A stretch of DNA of 42,128 nucleotides from the NCBI GenBank assembly GCA_035256745.1, contig DATEXQ010000062.1, positions 1 to 42,128 on the forward strand, given 5' to 3'. A program made the translations under genes and the position numbers. Within the stretch, counting starts at the first letter, position 1. Every line of letters starts with the position of its first letter. The DNA is from Patescibacteria group bacterium (GTDB taxonomy: Bacteria; Patescibacteriota; Microgenomatia; UBA8517). The notes below the pieces were generated by a model. It ran no database searches and was not told where the DNA came from. It saw only the letters and a list, made by a program, of their open reading frames with translations. Positions 8,776 through 16,036 of this stretch are shown here, in pieces.

Positions 8776-9246
8776 ATGAAAATGCATGTGAATAAAAAAC
8801 TATTTTATAAACGGGGATTTACCTTAATTGAGCTATTAATTGTGATTGCAATAATCGGAATTATACTTGCCATTAGTGCTTTTGGTTTGACTGGAGCAAG
8901 AGAATCTTCCAGGGATGCCAAAAGAAAGGCTGATTTGGAAACAATTAGAGGCGGTCTTGAATTATACAAATCTGACTGCAACTCATATCCTGCAACCCTT
9001 CCCTCCCCGGGAAATCCCCTTATAGGAACAAGTGGTACTGGAGCATGTTTAACAACCAATAAATATATAGAAGCAATGCCGGGTGACCCCATAACAGGAA
9101 GTCGTTTGTATGCTTATCTTCCCTCAGGATCTCCCAGCTCATCATATACTTTATGTGCTGCACTGGAAGGGACAACAATTGCTGTAACTGGATGTGGTAG
9201 TTGTGGTTTTAATATGACTTGTTCTTATAAAGTTACAAATCCGTGA
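8776..9246 (+). CDS. Type IV pilin / GspG-like pseudopilin
   Basis: KRG|FTLIELLIVIAIIGI, then SSRDAKRKADLETIRGGLELY..YP and MPGDP. Confidence 0.82.
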   Translation: MKMHVNKKLFYKRGFTLIELLIVIAIIGIILAISAFGLTGARESSRDAKRKADLETIRGGLELYKSDCNSYPATLPSPGNPLIGTSGTGACLTTNKYIEAMPGDPITGSRLYAYLPSGSPSSSYTLCAALEGTTIAVTGCGSCGFNMTCSYKVTNP

Positions 9247-9261
9247 TATGAATCATATAAA

Positions 9262-9786
9262 ATGTTTTCTTTACTTAAAAATCTTAAATCCAATAAAAAA
9301 ACTTCACAAAGATTCATTAAAGGCTTCAGTTTAGTAGAAGTCATTCTGGTGGTAGCAATTATCGCTTCCCTATTTGCAGTAGGCTATGCCAATTTTCGCG
9401 GATACCAAAGAAGACAATCCATTATGGCTGCAGCTCGCCAGGTAGAAGGAGATATTAGGCTTGCTGAAGAATATGCATCGTCGGGGAAAAAACCTACCGG
9501 TTGCACACTTCTTAACGGTTATATATTTCAGGTTAATTCTAGCCCTGTAGACACTTACGATATAATAGCTGATTGTCCTACGGATGTGGTAGTAAAAAAT
9601 GATATAGCAATTTCTTCGGGAATGACTTTAACCCCATCCTCAAGTATGATGTTTAAAGTATTGGGGTTGGGAACCGATATTCCTTCTGACAATCCAAAAA
9701 CGATAATAGTTACCCAAACTGAAACTCAGGAAAAAGTTGATATCGTAATAACATATAGTGGTGTGATAACCGTTGATTTTGAATAA
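9262..9786 (+). CDS. Minor pilin, GspH/FimT-like
   Basis: FIKG|FSLVEVILVVAII followed by a GspH-like region. It is the first gene of a four-gene minor-pilin block. Confidence 0.65.
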   Translation: MFSLLKNLKSNKKTSQRFIKGFSLVEVILVVAIIASLFAVGYANFRGYQRRQSIMAAARQVEGDIRLAEEYASSGKKPTGCTLLNGYIFQVNSSPVDTYDIIADCPTDVVVKNDIAISSGMTLTPSSSMMFKVLGLGTDIPSDNPKTIIVTQTETQEKVDIVITYSGVITVDFE

Positions 9787-9802
9787 TAATAATAATAATA
9801 AT
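9782..9802 (+). repeat. (AAT)7 microsatellite giving six in-frame TAA stops that run into the next ATG
   Basis: aataataataataataataat. The TAA at 9784-9786 ends the upstream ORF, and the last unit supplies the AT of the ATG at 9801. Confidence 0.95.
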
Positions 9803-10268
9803 GAAAAGAAACAGTCTCATTAAAGGGCAGTCAATGTTTGAGGTGGTGTTTGCTTTAGGTATTATTGCCCTTATTACCGTTGCGATAGTAAGTGTTTCTA
9901 CTGTAGCTATAAGAAATAATATTTCGGCCAAAAATAAATCTTTATCGGGCAAATATCTAAACGAGATGAATGAATGGTTAAGGAATGAAAGGGATAAAAG
10001 TTTCCCAACCTTTTATGCACACGGATCTAATGTAGGAAATAAATACTGTATTGATGAAATTAATGGTGGTTGGTCGGGGGCTCATCCTGGCAGTTGTGGC
10101 CCTTCTGATTACATTCCAAATACAACTTTTCTTCGTGGATTTACCCTTACCACTTTTACCTATGCCAATTCGCAAAAAGCTGTTTCTGCCAGTGCATATG
10201 TACAATGGAATGATGCTCAAGGTTTTCATGAAGCGAGAAGTGTAACAGTATATACCGATTGGGAGTAA
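9801..10268 (+). CDS. Minor pilin, PilV/GspI-like
   Basis: LIKG|QSMFEVVFALGIIALI (Glu at +5), small size and position in the minor-pilin block. Confidence 0.6.
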   Translation: MKRNSLIKGQSMFEVVFALGIIALITVAIVSVSTVAIRNNISAKNKSLSGKYLNEMNEWLRNERDKSFPTFYAHGSNVGNKYCIDEINGGWSGAHPGSCGPSDYIPNTTFLRGFTLTTFTYANSQKAVSASAYVQWNDAQGFHEARSVTVYTDWE

Positions 10269-10272
10269 ATAC

Positions 10273-10803
10273 ATGAGAAAGCATAATTTTATTAAAATAG
10301 GTGGATATACTCTAGTAGAAGTTATGATGGCAATAGGCGTTTTTGCCTTACTAGCCGTTTTGGTCACCCAAACTTTGGCAATTACGTTAAGGAGTGCTAA
10401 AAAAAGTGATTCGGATAGTAGAGTGAGAGCAACCCTCGATTATGCGATATCTATTATGGAAAGACAGTTGAGAAACGCTAACTCCATAACTTCACTATGC
10501 GAGCAAGGTGGAACTACTTTGTCAACAATTTCCTATGTCGATGCTTATGGGGTTCCTGCAAGTTTTAGATGTGTTAACGGTAGCGGAGAAGATGATATTT
10601 ATGTTGCATCAGATTCAGCTACATTATCTTCTAGATTGACCACGCCAGGAATTATAATTTTACCCTGTTCGTTTACATGTACAAGTGACAATAAAACACC
10701 AGACTCGATAGATATTAGTTTAACTGGAACGGAAACCAAAGCAACCGGAGTTGAATCATCGAGGGTTTCGGTTCAAACAAAAATTATGCTTAGGAATTAT
10801 TGA
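10273..10803 (+). CDS. Minor pilin, PilW/GspJ-like
   Basis: KIGG|YTLVEVMMAIGVFALL, followed by the helical segment DYAISIMERQLRNA. Confidence 0.6.
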   Translation: MRKHNFIKIGGYTLVEVMMAIGVFALLAVLVTQTLAITLRSAKKSDSDSRVRATLDYAISIMERQLRNANSITSLCEQGGTTLSTISYVDAYGVPASFRCVNGSGEDDIYVASDSATLSSRLTTPGIIILPCSFTCTSDNKTPDSIDISLTGTETKATGVESSRVSVQTKIMLRNY

Positions 10804-10845
10804 ATTTGACCGACCCATATTAGATTGATAAACTAAATTAGTATC

Positions 10846-11757
10846 ATGAAAATATCACCTGCTCAAGTTATTAAGGAAAGAATAGAATCTGGCCAGGCAC
10901 TTCTGATTGTTCTTCTGGGAATGGCAGTTGTTTTGACTCTGGTTCTTTCGATTGTTTCTAGGTCGGTAACAGATGTTTCAATAACCAAGAAAGATGAAGA
11001 TTCTTTGAGAGCTTTTTCTGCAGCCGAAGCAGGAATTGAACAAATGTTGGTGGGAGGTCCGACGACATCCGAATTCCCCGAAAGCAATAGTAGCTTTACA
11101 GGGAGTGTAACCGACATTGGAGGACAGAATTATTATAATATGGTAAATAATTATGCCTCGGGTGAGGTAGGATTAGTCTGGTTTGTTTCTCATGATACGA
11201 ACGGTAATATTAAATGTGACGGACAAAACCCCTGTATTAATCCGTCGGGTAAATCCCTTAATATGTGTTGGGGTACAAATCTTGGTAGCACACCTGCTAT
11301 TGAGATATCCCTTTTTTATGATACGACACGAAAAGCTTTAACTTCTGATTTTTCTGATGTTAAAATAGCCAGAGCTACTTTTGATTCTAATGCAAGTAGA
11401 CGAAACGAAAACTTTTTTGGACAAGCCTCTGAAACTAATTGTACTTTTACGATTGGACCAACCTACCGCTTTACCAGCGGTTATAAAAGCTTCTTAACAG
11501 ATTTAGGGCTACCAGCTGGATGTAATCAAGAGGGATGCTTACTATTTGCCAGAATCAAAATATTCTATAATTCTGCCCCCGACGGTATAGGGGTAGCCTT
11601 AGATTCTGGTACTTTTCCCGCTCAAGCTATAAAAGTAACATCGTCCGGTTTTTCCGGTGAGGCAACAAGAAAAGTTGAAGCAATACAAACCTTTGACGAA
11701 TTCTTACAAATATTTGACAATGCTGTTTTTAGCAATAGTGGTGATCTTTCAAAATAA
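10846..11757 (+). CDS. Large minor pilin, PilX/GspK-like (no Glu at +5)
   Basis: IESG|QALLIVLLGMAVVLTL then AFSAAEAGIEQ, as in PilX N-terminal domains. It is the largest protein and the last gene of the minor-pilin block, and its stop overlaps the pilM start (TAATG). Confidence 0.55.
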   Translation: MKISPAQVIKERIESGQALLIVLLGMAVVLTLVLSIVSRSVTDVSITKKDEDSLRAFSAAEAGIEQMLVGGPTTSEFPESNSSFTGSVTDIGGQNYYNMVNNYASGEVGLVWFVSHDTNGNIKCDGQNPCINPSGKSLNMCWGTNLGSTPAIEISLFYDTTRKALTSDFSDVKIARATFDSNASRRNENFFGQASETNCTFTIGPTYRFTSGYKSFLTDLGLPAGCNQEGCLLFARIKIFYNSAPDGIGVALDSGTFPAQAIKVTSSGFSGEATRKVEAIQTFDEFLQIFDNAVFSNSGDLSK

Positions 11758-12764
11758 TGAGTGTAGGAATAGATATAGGGTCAAAAAGTATAAAAATAGT
11801 GGAACTTGAAAAACAAGGTTCAAGCTGGGCTATACGAGGTTCCGGGATAGTGGGTTATTCGGGAACGCCTGCAGAGCACATAAAGGATGAAAAGGAGATG
11901 GAATCACTGGGTCAGGTAATAAAAAATCTTCATAAAGAAGCCAGAATTTCTGATAAAGTAGTTTCAATAGCCCTTCCAGAACCACAAGTTTTTACCCGCA
12001 CCATAAAATTCCCTCTTTTAACAGACCAAGAAATTGCTAGTGCTGTCAAATGGGAAGCAGAACAATATATTCCAATACCTTTATCCGAAGCAATTGTAGA
12101 GCATCAAATAATAGAAAGAAAAGAAACCACTACCCCACCAGAAGTAGTAGTTCTTTTAGTGGCGGTTCCCCAGACTCTTGTTGAAAAATATTTGAAAATT
12201 CTTCAATTTGCCGGACTTTCAGTTAATTCTGTAGAAACAGAGATGACTTCTCTGGTGAGATGTCTTGCACCTGAAGGTCAAACAGTACTATTGGTAGATT
12301 TTGGAGCGGGGTCAACAGATATTGCTATTGCTAAGAATGCAAATTTGGTTTTTTCGCGTTCGATTCCGACCGCTGGAGATGCTTTCACTCGTGCTGTTGC
12401 TCAAAACCTGGGAATTGAGTATGCACGAGCTGAGGAATACAAAAAGACTTACGGATTGACAGCAAACCTGGAAGGTAAAATTAAAGGAGCTCTTGATCCG
12501 GTTATAAGAATGGTTACCGATGAGATTAAAAAAGCAATTCATTTTTATCAAACCGAAGAAAAGGAAGAGTCTCCCAGGTCGGTAATTATCTCAGGTGGAA
12601 CATCGGGTATGCCCGAAGTAACCTCTGTTCTTACCAAAGCGTTAAATTTAGAGGTTATTATGGGTAATTCATTCTCCAAAATTTCTTTGGATAGTAAAGT
12701 TGCCCAAAGTTTGGCCAACTATGGTCCATTATATTCAATAGCCGTTGGTTTGGCGATGAGATAG
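11757..12764 (+). CDS. pilM: Type IV pilus assembly protein PilM (actin-like ATPase fold)
   Basis: MSVGIDIGSKSIKIV and DFGAGSTDI phosphate-binding motifs. pilN follows. Confidence 0.85.
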   Translation: MSVGIDIGSKSIKIVELEKQGSSWAIRGSGIVGYSGTPAEHIKDEKEMESLGQVIKNLHKEARISDKVVSIALPEPQVFTRTIKFPLLTDQEIASAVKWEAEQYIPIPLSEAIVEHQIIERKETTTPPEVVVLLVAVPQTLVEKYLKILQFAGLSVNSVETEMTSLVRCLAPEGQTVLLVDFGAGSTDIAIAKNANLVFSRSIPTAGDAFTRAVAQNLGIEYARAEEYKKTYGLTANLEGKIKGALDPVIRMVTDEIKKAIHFYQTEEKEESPRSVIISGGTSGMPEVTSVLTKALNLEVIMGNSFSKISLDSKVAQSLANYGPLYSIAVGLAMR

Positions 12765-12782
12765 TAGAAGGAGGTTTAAAAG

Positions 12783-13313
12783 ATGCCTAAAAATATAAAT
12801 CTGATACCCAAAGAGTCGATTCCCAAAGAATCAACATTAAAAATCGTAAATAGCTTAAGGATGATAGATACAATCGGGACATTAATATTTTTTATAGGGG
12901 TCTTTTTCATAATCTCTCTAATAATTATTAATTCGGAAGAACTGAGACTATCCAATGTTAGGCAAGATAAGTTGAAATTATCTATAAGAGGTTTAGAAAA
13001 AGAGGAACAGCAATACGTTTTACTTAAAGACAGAGCCGATAAAATTCAAAAGATATTATCCTCATATGGGGCAATCAAAGATATGGAACATTTTAATACA
13101 TTAAAAAATAAAATACCGTCAGATGTTTCTATAACTCAATTATCAGTAGTCAGAGGTTCTACTGAAACAATGATTGCAGCCAGTTCCTATTCGTCCCTGG
13201 CTCAAACCCTTGCTGCTCTCCTATCCTCAAATTTATATAAAGGAATTATTTTAAACTCTTTTACCTTTAATATTAAATCGGGATATATAATATCTCTAAA
13301 ATTAACAACTTAA
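12783..13313 (+). CDS. pilN: Type IV pilus assembly protein PilN
   Basis: N-terminal INLIP (the conserved PilN INLLP motif that binds PilM), a single TM segment and a coiled-coil region. Confidence 0.7.
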   Translation: MPKNINLIPKESIPKESTLKIVNSLRMIDTIGTLIFFIGVFFIISLIIINSEELRLSNVRQDKLKLSIRGLEKEEQQYVLLKDRADKIQKILSSYGAIKDMEHFNTLKNKIPSDVSITQLSVVRGSTETMIAASSYSSLAQTLAALLSSNLYKGIILNSFTFNIKSGYIISLKLTT

Positions 13314-13316
13314 AAT

Positions 13317-14006
13317 ATGAAAGTAAATATTGGATTAAATAAAAATAAATCTATGGGTAAAATAACCCTTTTAGTAGTTCCCTTTTTGTATTTTTTTATA
13401 CTTTTATTAATTTCATATTTCGTAGGAAAAACCGGATACGCAAAAATTAAAAGTCAAAGAAAGGATGTAATAAGTGCTAAAAAGACAGAAAATATCTTAG
13501 TAGAAAAGGAAGCAGAGTTAAAAACTATTAAAGAAATATCTAATTATATTAAACCCGTATCTATTGCTCTTCCTGACAAAAATCCGGCACTTATTTTAAT
13601 TTCGCAGATAAAATATCTGTCTAACTTGAATGATTTGAATCTTGAAGATTTTAAAATCGGAAGTATGGCCGGAGACGAAGCTAATTCAAAGCTTAATCTC
13701 TCCTTCAGTTTAAGTGGAAGTTACCTGAATGTATTCTCTTTTTTGACAGGTACTAAAACATTATTACCTATTCTAACGTTACAAAAGGCAGAATTTGGCT
13801 TTCAGGAAGATATGGCCTCAGCTGAAATTATATTGAATTCTTTTTGGGCACCTTATCCAGAAAAACTTCCGCCGGTAACGGAACCGATTCTTAAACTTAC
13901 TGATGATAATATAAATACTTTGGGTCGAGTTTCTGTATTTACCCCACCAGTTTTTTCTACCCTTAATCCCTCTGGACCCATTCAAAGAGCAAATCCCTTC
14001 TTTTAA
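13317..14006 (+). CDS. pilO: PilO-like pilus assembly protein
   Basis: One TM segment plus a coiled coil, directly after pilN. The call is positional rather than motif-based. Confidence 0.5.
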   Translation: MKVNIGLNKNKSMGKITLLVVPFLYFFILLLISYFVGKTGYAKIKSQRKDVISAKKTENILVEKEAELKTIKEISNYIKPVSIALPDKNPALILISQIKYLSNLNDLNLEDFKIGSMAGDEANSKLNLSFSLSGSYLNVFSFLTGTKTLLPILTLQKAEFGFQEDMASAEIILNSFWAPYPEKLPPVTEPILKLTDDNINTLGRVSVFTPPVFSTLNPSGPIQRANPFF

Positions 14007-14236
14007 TTTGAAGAAGTTACAACTAGGTTGAATCTGACCTTATCCAGAATTGCTCTAACTTTCATTAAATTTCTTAAGGTTTTGATAGTCTTTCCGTTTT
14101 TTCCAATTATTAATCCAACATATTCCGAAGGAACTAAAAGCTCGTAAGTTTTAAATGAATTTTCTTCATTTTCTTTTATCGTAAAATCGGTAATTCCTAT
14201 AATTTCTTCAACCAAATATTTAAGTAATTTTTTCAT
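14003..14236 (-). CDS. KH-domain RNA-binding protein (YlqC/UPF0109 type)
   Basis: GLIIGKNGKTIKTL (GxxG KH motif), 77 aa, directly downstream of rpsP. Confidence 0.8.
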   Translation of the reverse strand: MKKLLKYLVEEIIGITDFTIKENEENSFKTYELLVPSEYVGLIIGKNGKTIKTLRNLMKVRAILDKVRFNLVVTSSN

Positions 14237-14240
14237 TTAT

Positions 14241-14459
14241 TTAAGACAGAAGATTTTGAACGCTTTTGTTCATCAAAGCGCCTTTTTTAACCCAATCGGC
14301 TATTTTTTCTTTATCAATATTCAAAGTCTTTTTAATAGGGTTCCAATAACCCAATACTTCCAGGGTTTTCCCTACTCCTTTTTTGTGTGAATCTACTGCA
14401 ACTATACGATAAATATATTTCTTTTTAGTACCGAATCTGGAAAGTCGTATTTTTACCAT
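14241..14459 (-). CDS. rpsP: 30S ribosomal protein S16
   Basis: MVKIRLSRFGTKKKYIYRIVAVDS...GYWNP. Confidence 0.93.
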   Translation of the reverse strand: MVKIRLSRFGTKKKYIYRIVAVDSHKKGVGKTLEVLGYWNPIKKTLNIDKEKIADWVKKGALMNKSVQNLLS

Positions 14460-14491
14460 AATTTCACAATTTTAACCAATAAGAAGCTTTT

Positions 14492-15160
14492 TTACAAGAG
14501 AGAACCCAAAGTCTTTTCGGCAGCGATTTGTTCAGCTTCAGCTTTGCTTTTGCCTTCTCCTCTCCCCAATGATTTATTACCAGATACTACCTCTACAATA
14601 AATACTTTATCGTGGTCTGGTCCGGATTCGGCTGTAACAATATATTTAGGTGCAGGACTACCTTTTGCTTGCAGATATTCTTGAAGTCTACTTTTGGCAT
14701 CCTTAAGAGGTTTTGATAATTTCTCGTTTATGCCAGATAATAAATTCGCTTCTATAAAAGTTTTTACCATTTCAAGTCCGCTATCCAGATATAAAGCACC
14801 TATTATTGCTTCAACAGTATCTGCAAGAAGAGATAAGTTATTTCTGCCTCCAGTTTCTTCTTCTCCTTTCGAAAGAAATAATTTTTTTCCGATATTTAAA
14901 TTTTTAGCTATTGCGGCAAGATTGGTGGTATTTACGAGGCTGGCTCTAAGGGCCGTTAAATAACCCTCTTCTTTATCGGGAAATAAGCTATAAATTTCTT
15001 GAGAAACCACGAACTCCAAAATAGCATCTCCTAAAAATTCCATTCTTTCGTTCGTTCCTCTTATCCCGGGATGTTCATTCACCCACGATTTATGAGTTAA
15101 AGCCTGTTCCAATAGTTTTTTGTTTTTAAAGATTTCTTTTAAAGAATCTATGTCTGTCAT
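14492..15160 (-). CDS. rnc: Ribonuclease III
   Basis: Signature NERMEFLGDAILE and a C-terminal dsRBD (..GKSKAEAEQIAAEKTL). Confidence 0.92.
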   Translation of the reverse strand: MTDIDSLKEIFKNKKLLEQALTHKSWVNEHPGIRGTNERMEFLGDAILEFVVSQEIYSLFPDKEEGYLTALRASLVNTTNLAAIAKNLNIGKKLFLSKGEEETGGRNNLSLLADTVEAIIGALYLDSGLEMVKTFIEANLLSGINEKLSKPLKDAKSRLQEYLQAKGSPAPKYIVTAESGPDHDKVFIVEVVSGNKSLGRGEGKSKAEAEQIAAEKTLGSLL

Positions 15161-15420
15161 ATTTCCTCCTCAGACGAGAGTAAATCTATAAGGTCTCCCA
15201 GGGTTTCTGTTTCCTGAAAATCTATTTTCTCTACATTTAAACCGGCTTCGGATAATCGTTCACTTAAGTCGGTCAAATCAGCTGGTCCCATATGTAAATC
15301 GTCATACAAGAAGTCTTCATCGTGTAAATCAGACGTATCAAGTCCCAACATAAGAGAAACTATGTTTTTTACGGTTGTTTTAATATCCTTTTGTTTTTGG
15401 GTAGGGTTTGGATTATCCAT
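15157..15420 (-). CDS. Acyl-carrier-protein-like four-helix protein; the attachment Ser appears to be absent
   Basis: Aligns by eye to ACP (..VKNIVSLMLGLD....FLYDDLHMGPADLTDLSERL..). It is acidic, 87 aa, and overlaps the rnc start by 4 nt. Confidence 0.5.
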   Translation of the reverse strand: MDNPNPTQKQKDIKTTVKNIVSLMLGLDTSDLHDEDFLYDDLHMGPADLTDLSERLSEAGLNVEKIDFQETETLGDLIDLLSSEEEI

Positions 15421-15444
15421 GCTTATAAAATATAAAATATTATT

Positions 15445-15825
15445 TCAACTTTCGCTAGATGAATATTTGTCTGGGGTTATTTTTTTATAAATAGTGCCTA
15501 AAACTCCATTTACAAAAGATGGAGAATTCTCACTACCGAACTCTTTTGCAAGTTCTACAGCTTCATCAATTACTACCTTTGGAGGAGTTGCATCTTCACC
15601 TAGTTCATAAACAGCAAGTCTTAAGATTGCAAGATCAATCCTATTTAATTTATCAATAGGCCAAGTAGGAGCGGCATTTTCGATTTTATCGTCAATCACA
15701 CCCTTTTCCTTCATGATATTTTTGGTAATTTCATCTAAATTAGGCTGATTTGCGAAGCTTTCTGCAAACAGTTCTTTAACTATCTCTCTTCTTTTCTGAT
15801 GTCTAGGGTCATTGGCAGACTTCAT
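15445..15825 (-). CDS. nusB: Transcription antitermination factor NusB
   Basis: DLAILRLAVYEL and VVIDEAVELAKEFG motifs. I place the start at the ATG at 15825 (MKSANDP..), which overlaps the rpmF stop as TAATG. The track start at 15843 lies inside rpmF. Confidence 0.85.
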   Translation of the reverse strand: MKSANDPRHQKRREIVKELFAESFANQPNLDEITKNIMKEKGVIDDKIENAAPTWPIDKLNRIDLAILRLAVYELGEDATPPKVVIDEAVELAKEFGSENSPSFVNGVLGTIYKKITPDKYSSSES

Positions 15826-15986
15826 TATTTGTAAAATCCACAATTAGGACAAGCTTTATGAGGTTCTTTTATCTTCTTGCAGGAAGGACAAACTACTAAA
15901 GTAGGAAATCTAAGTGCACTAGATTTTGAGTTCTTTCTTATGTTTGACCTTCTTCTTGTATGTTTTCTTTTTGGTTGTGGTGCCAT
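15825..15986 (-). CDS. rpmF: 50S ribosomal protein L32 (not in the ORF track, under 60 aa)
   Basis: Hand translation gives MAPQPKRKHTRRRSNIRKNSKSSALRFPTLVVCPSCKKIKEPHKACPNCGFYK, with the CxxC..CxxC zinc ribbon typical of L32. Confidence 0.88.
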   Translation of the reverse strand: MAPQPKRKHTRRRSNIRKNSKSSALRFPTLVVCPSCKKIKEPHKACPNCGFYK

Positions 15987-16036
15987 GTATTTTTCGATTT
16001 TATCCTGAAATACGGATAAAGTAAATCCTTTACTAT

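Noticed and set aside
257-10367. Many short antisense or alternate-frame ORFs in the track lying inside pil genes. Examples are 257..454, 1484..1678, 2857..3072, 4132..4362, 4705..4995, 5241..5465, 6009..6437, 7014..7289, 7674..7886, 8452..8667, 8805..9092, 9710..9952 and 9978..10367.
   Set aside because: Each lies wholly or almost wholly inside (or spans the junction between) longer ORFs that have clear family motifs. In AT-rich DNA such shadow ORFs are expected, and none has recognisable motifs.
14000-14010. A 4-nt convergent overlap of the pilO-like and KH-protein stop codons, with a short palindrome cttctt..aagaag.
   Set aside because: The 6-bp A/T-rich stem is too weak to call a bidirectional terminator. 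It is probably just tight packing.
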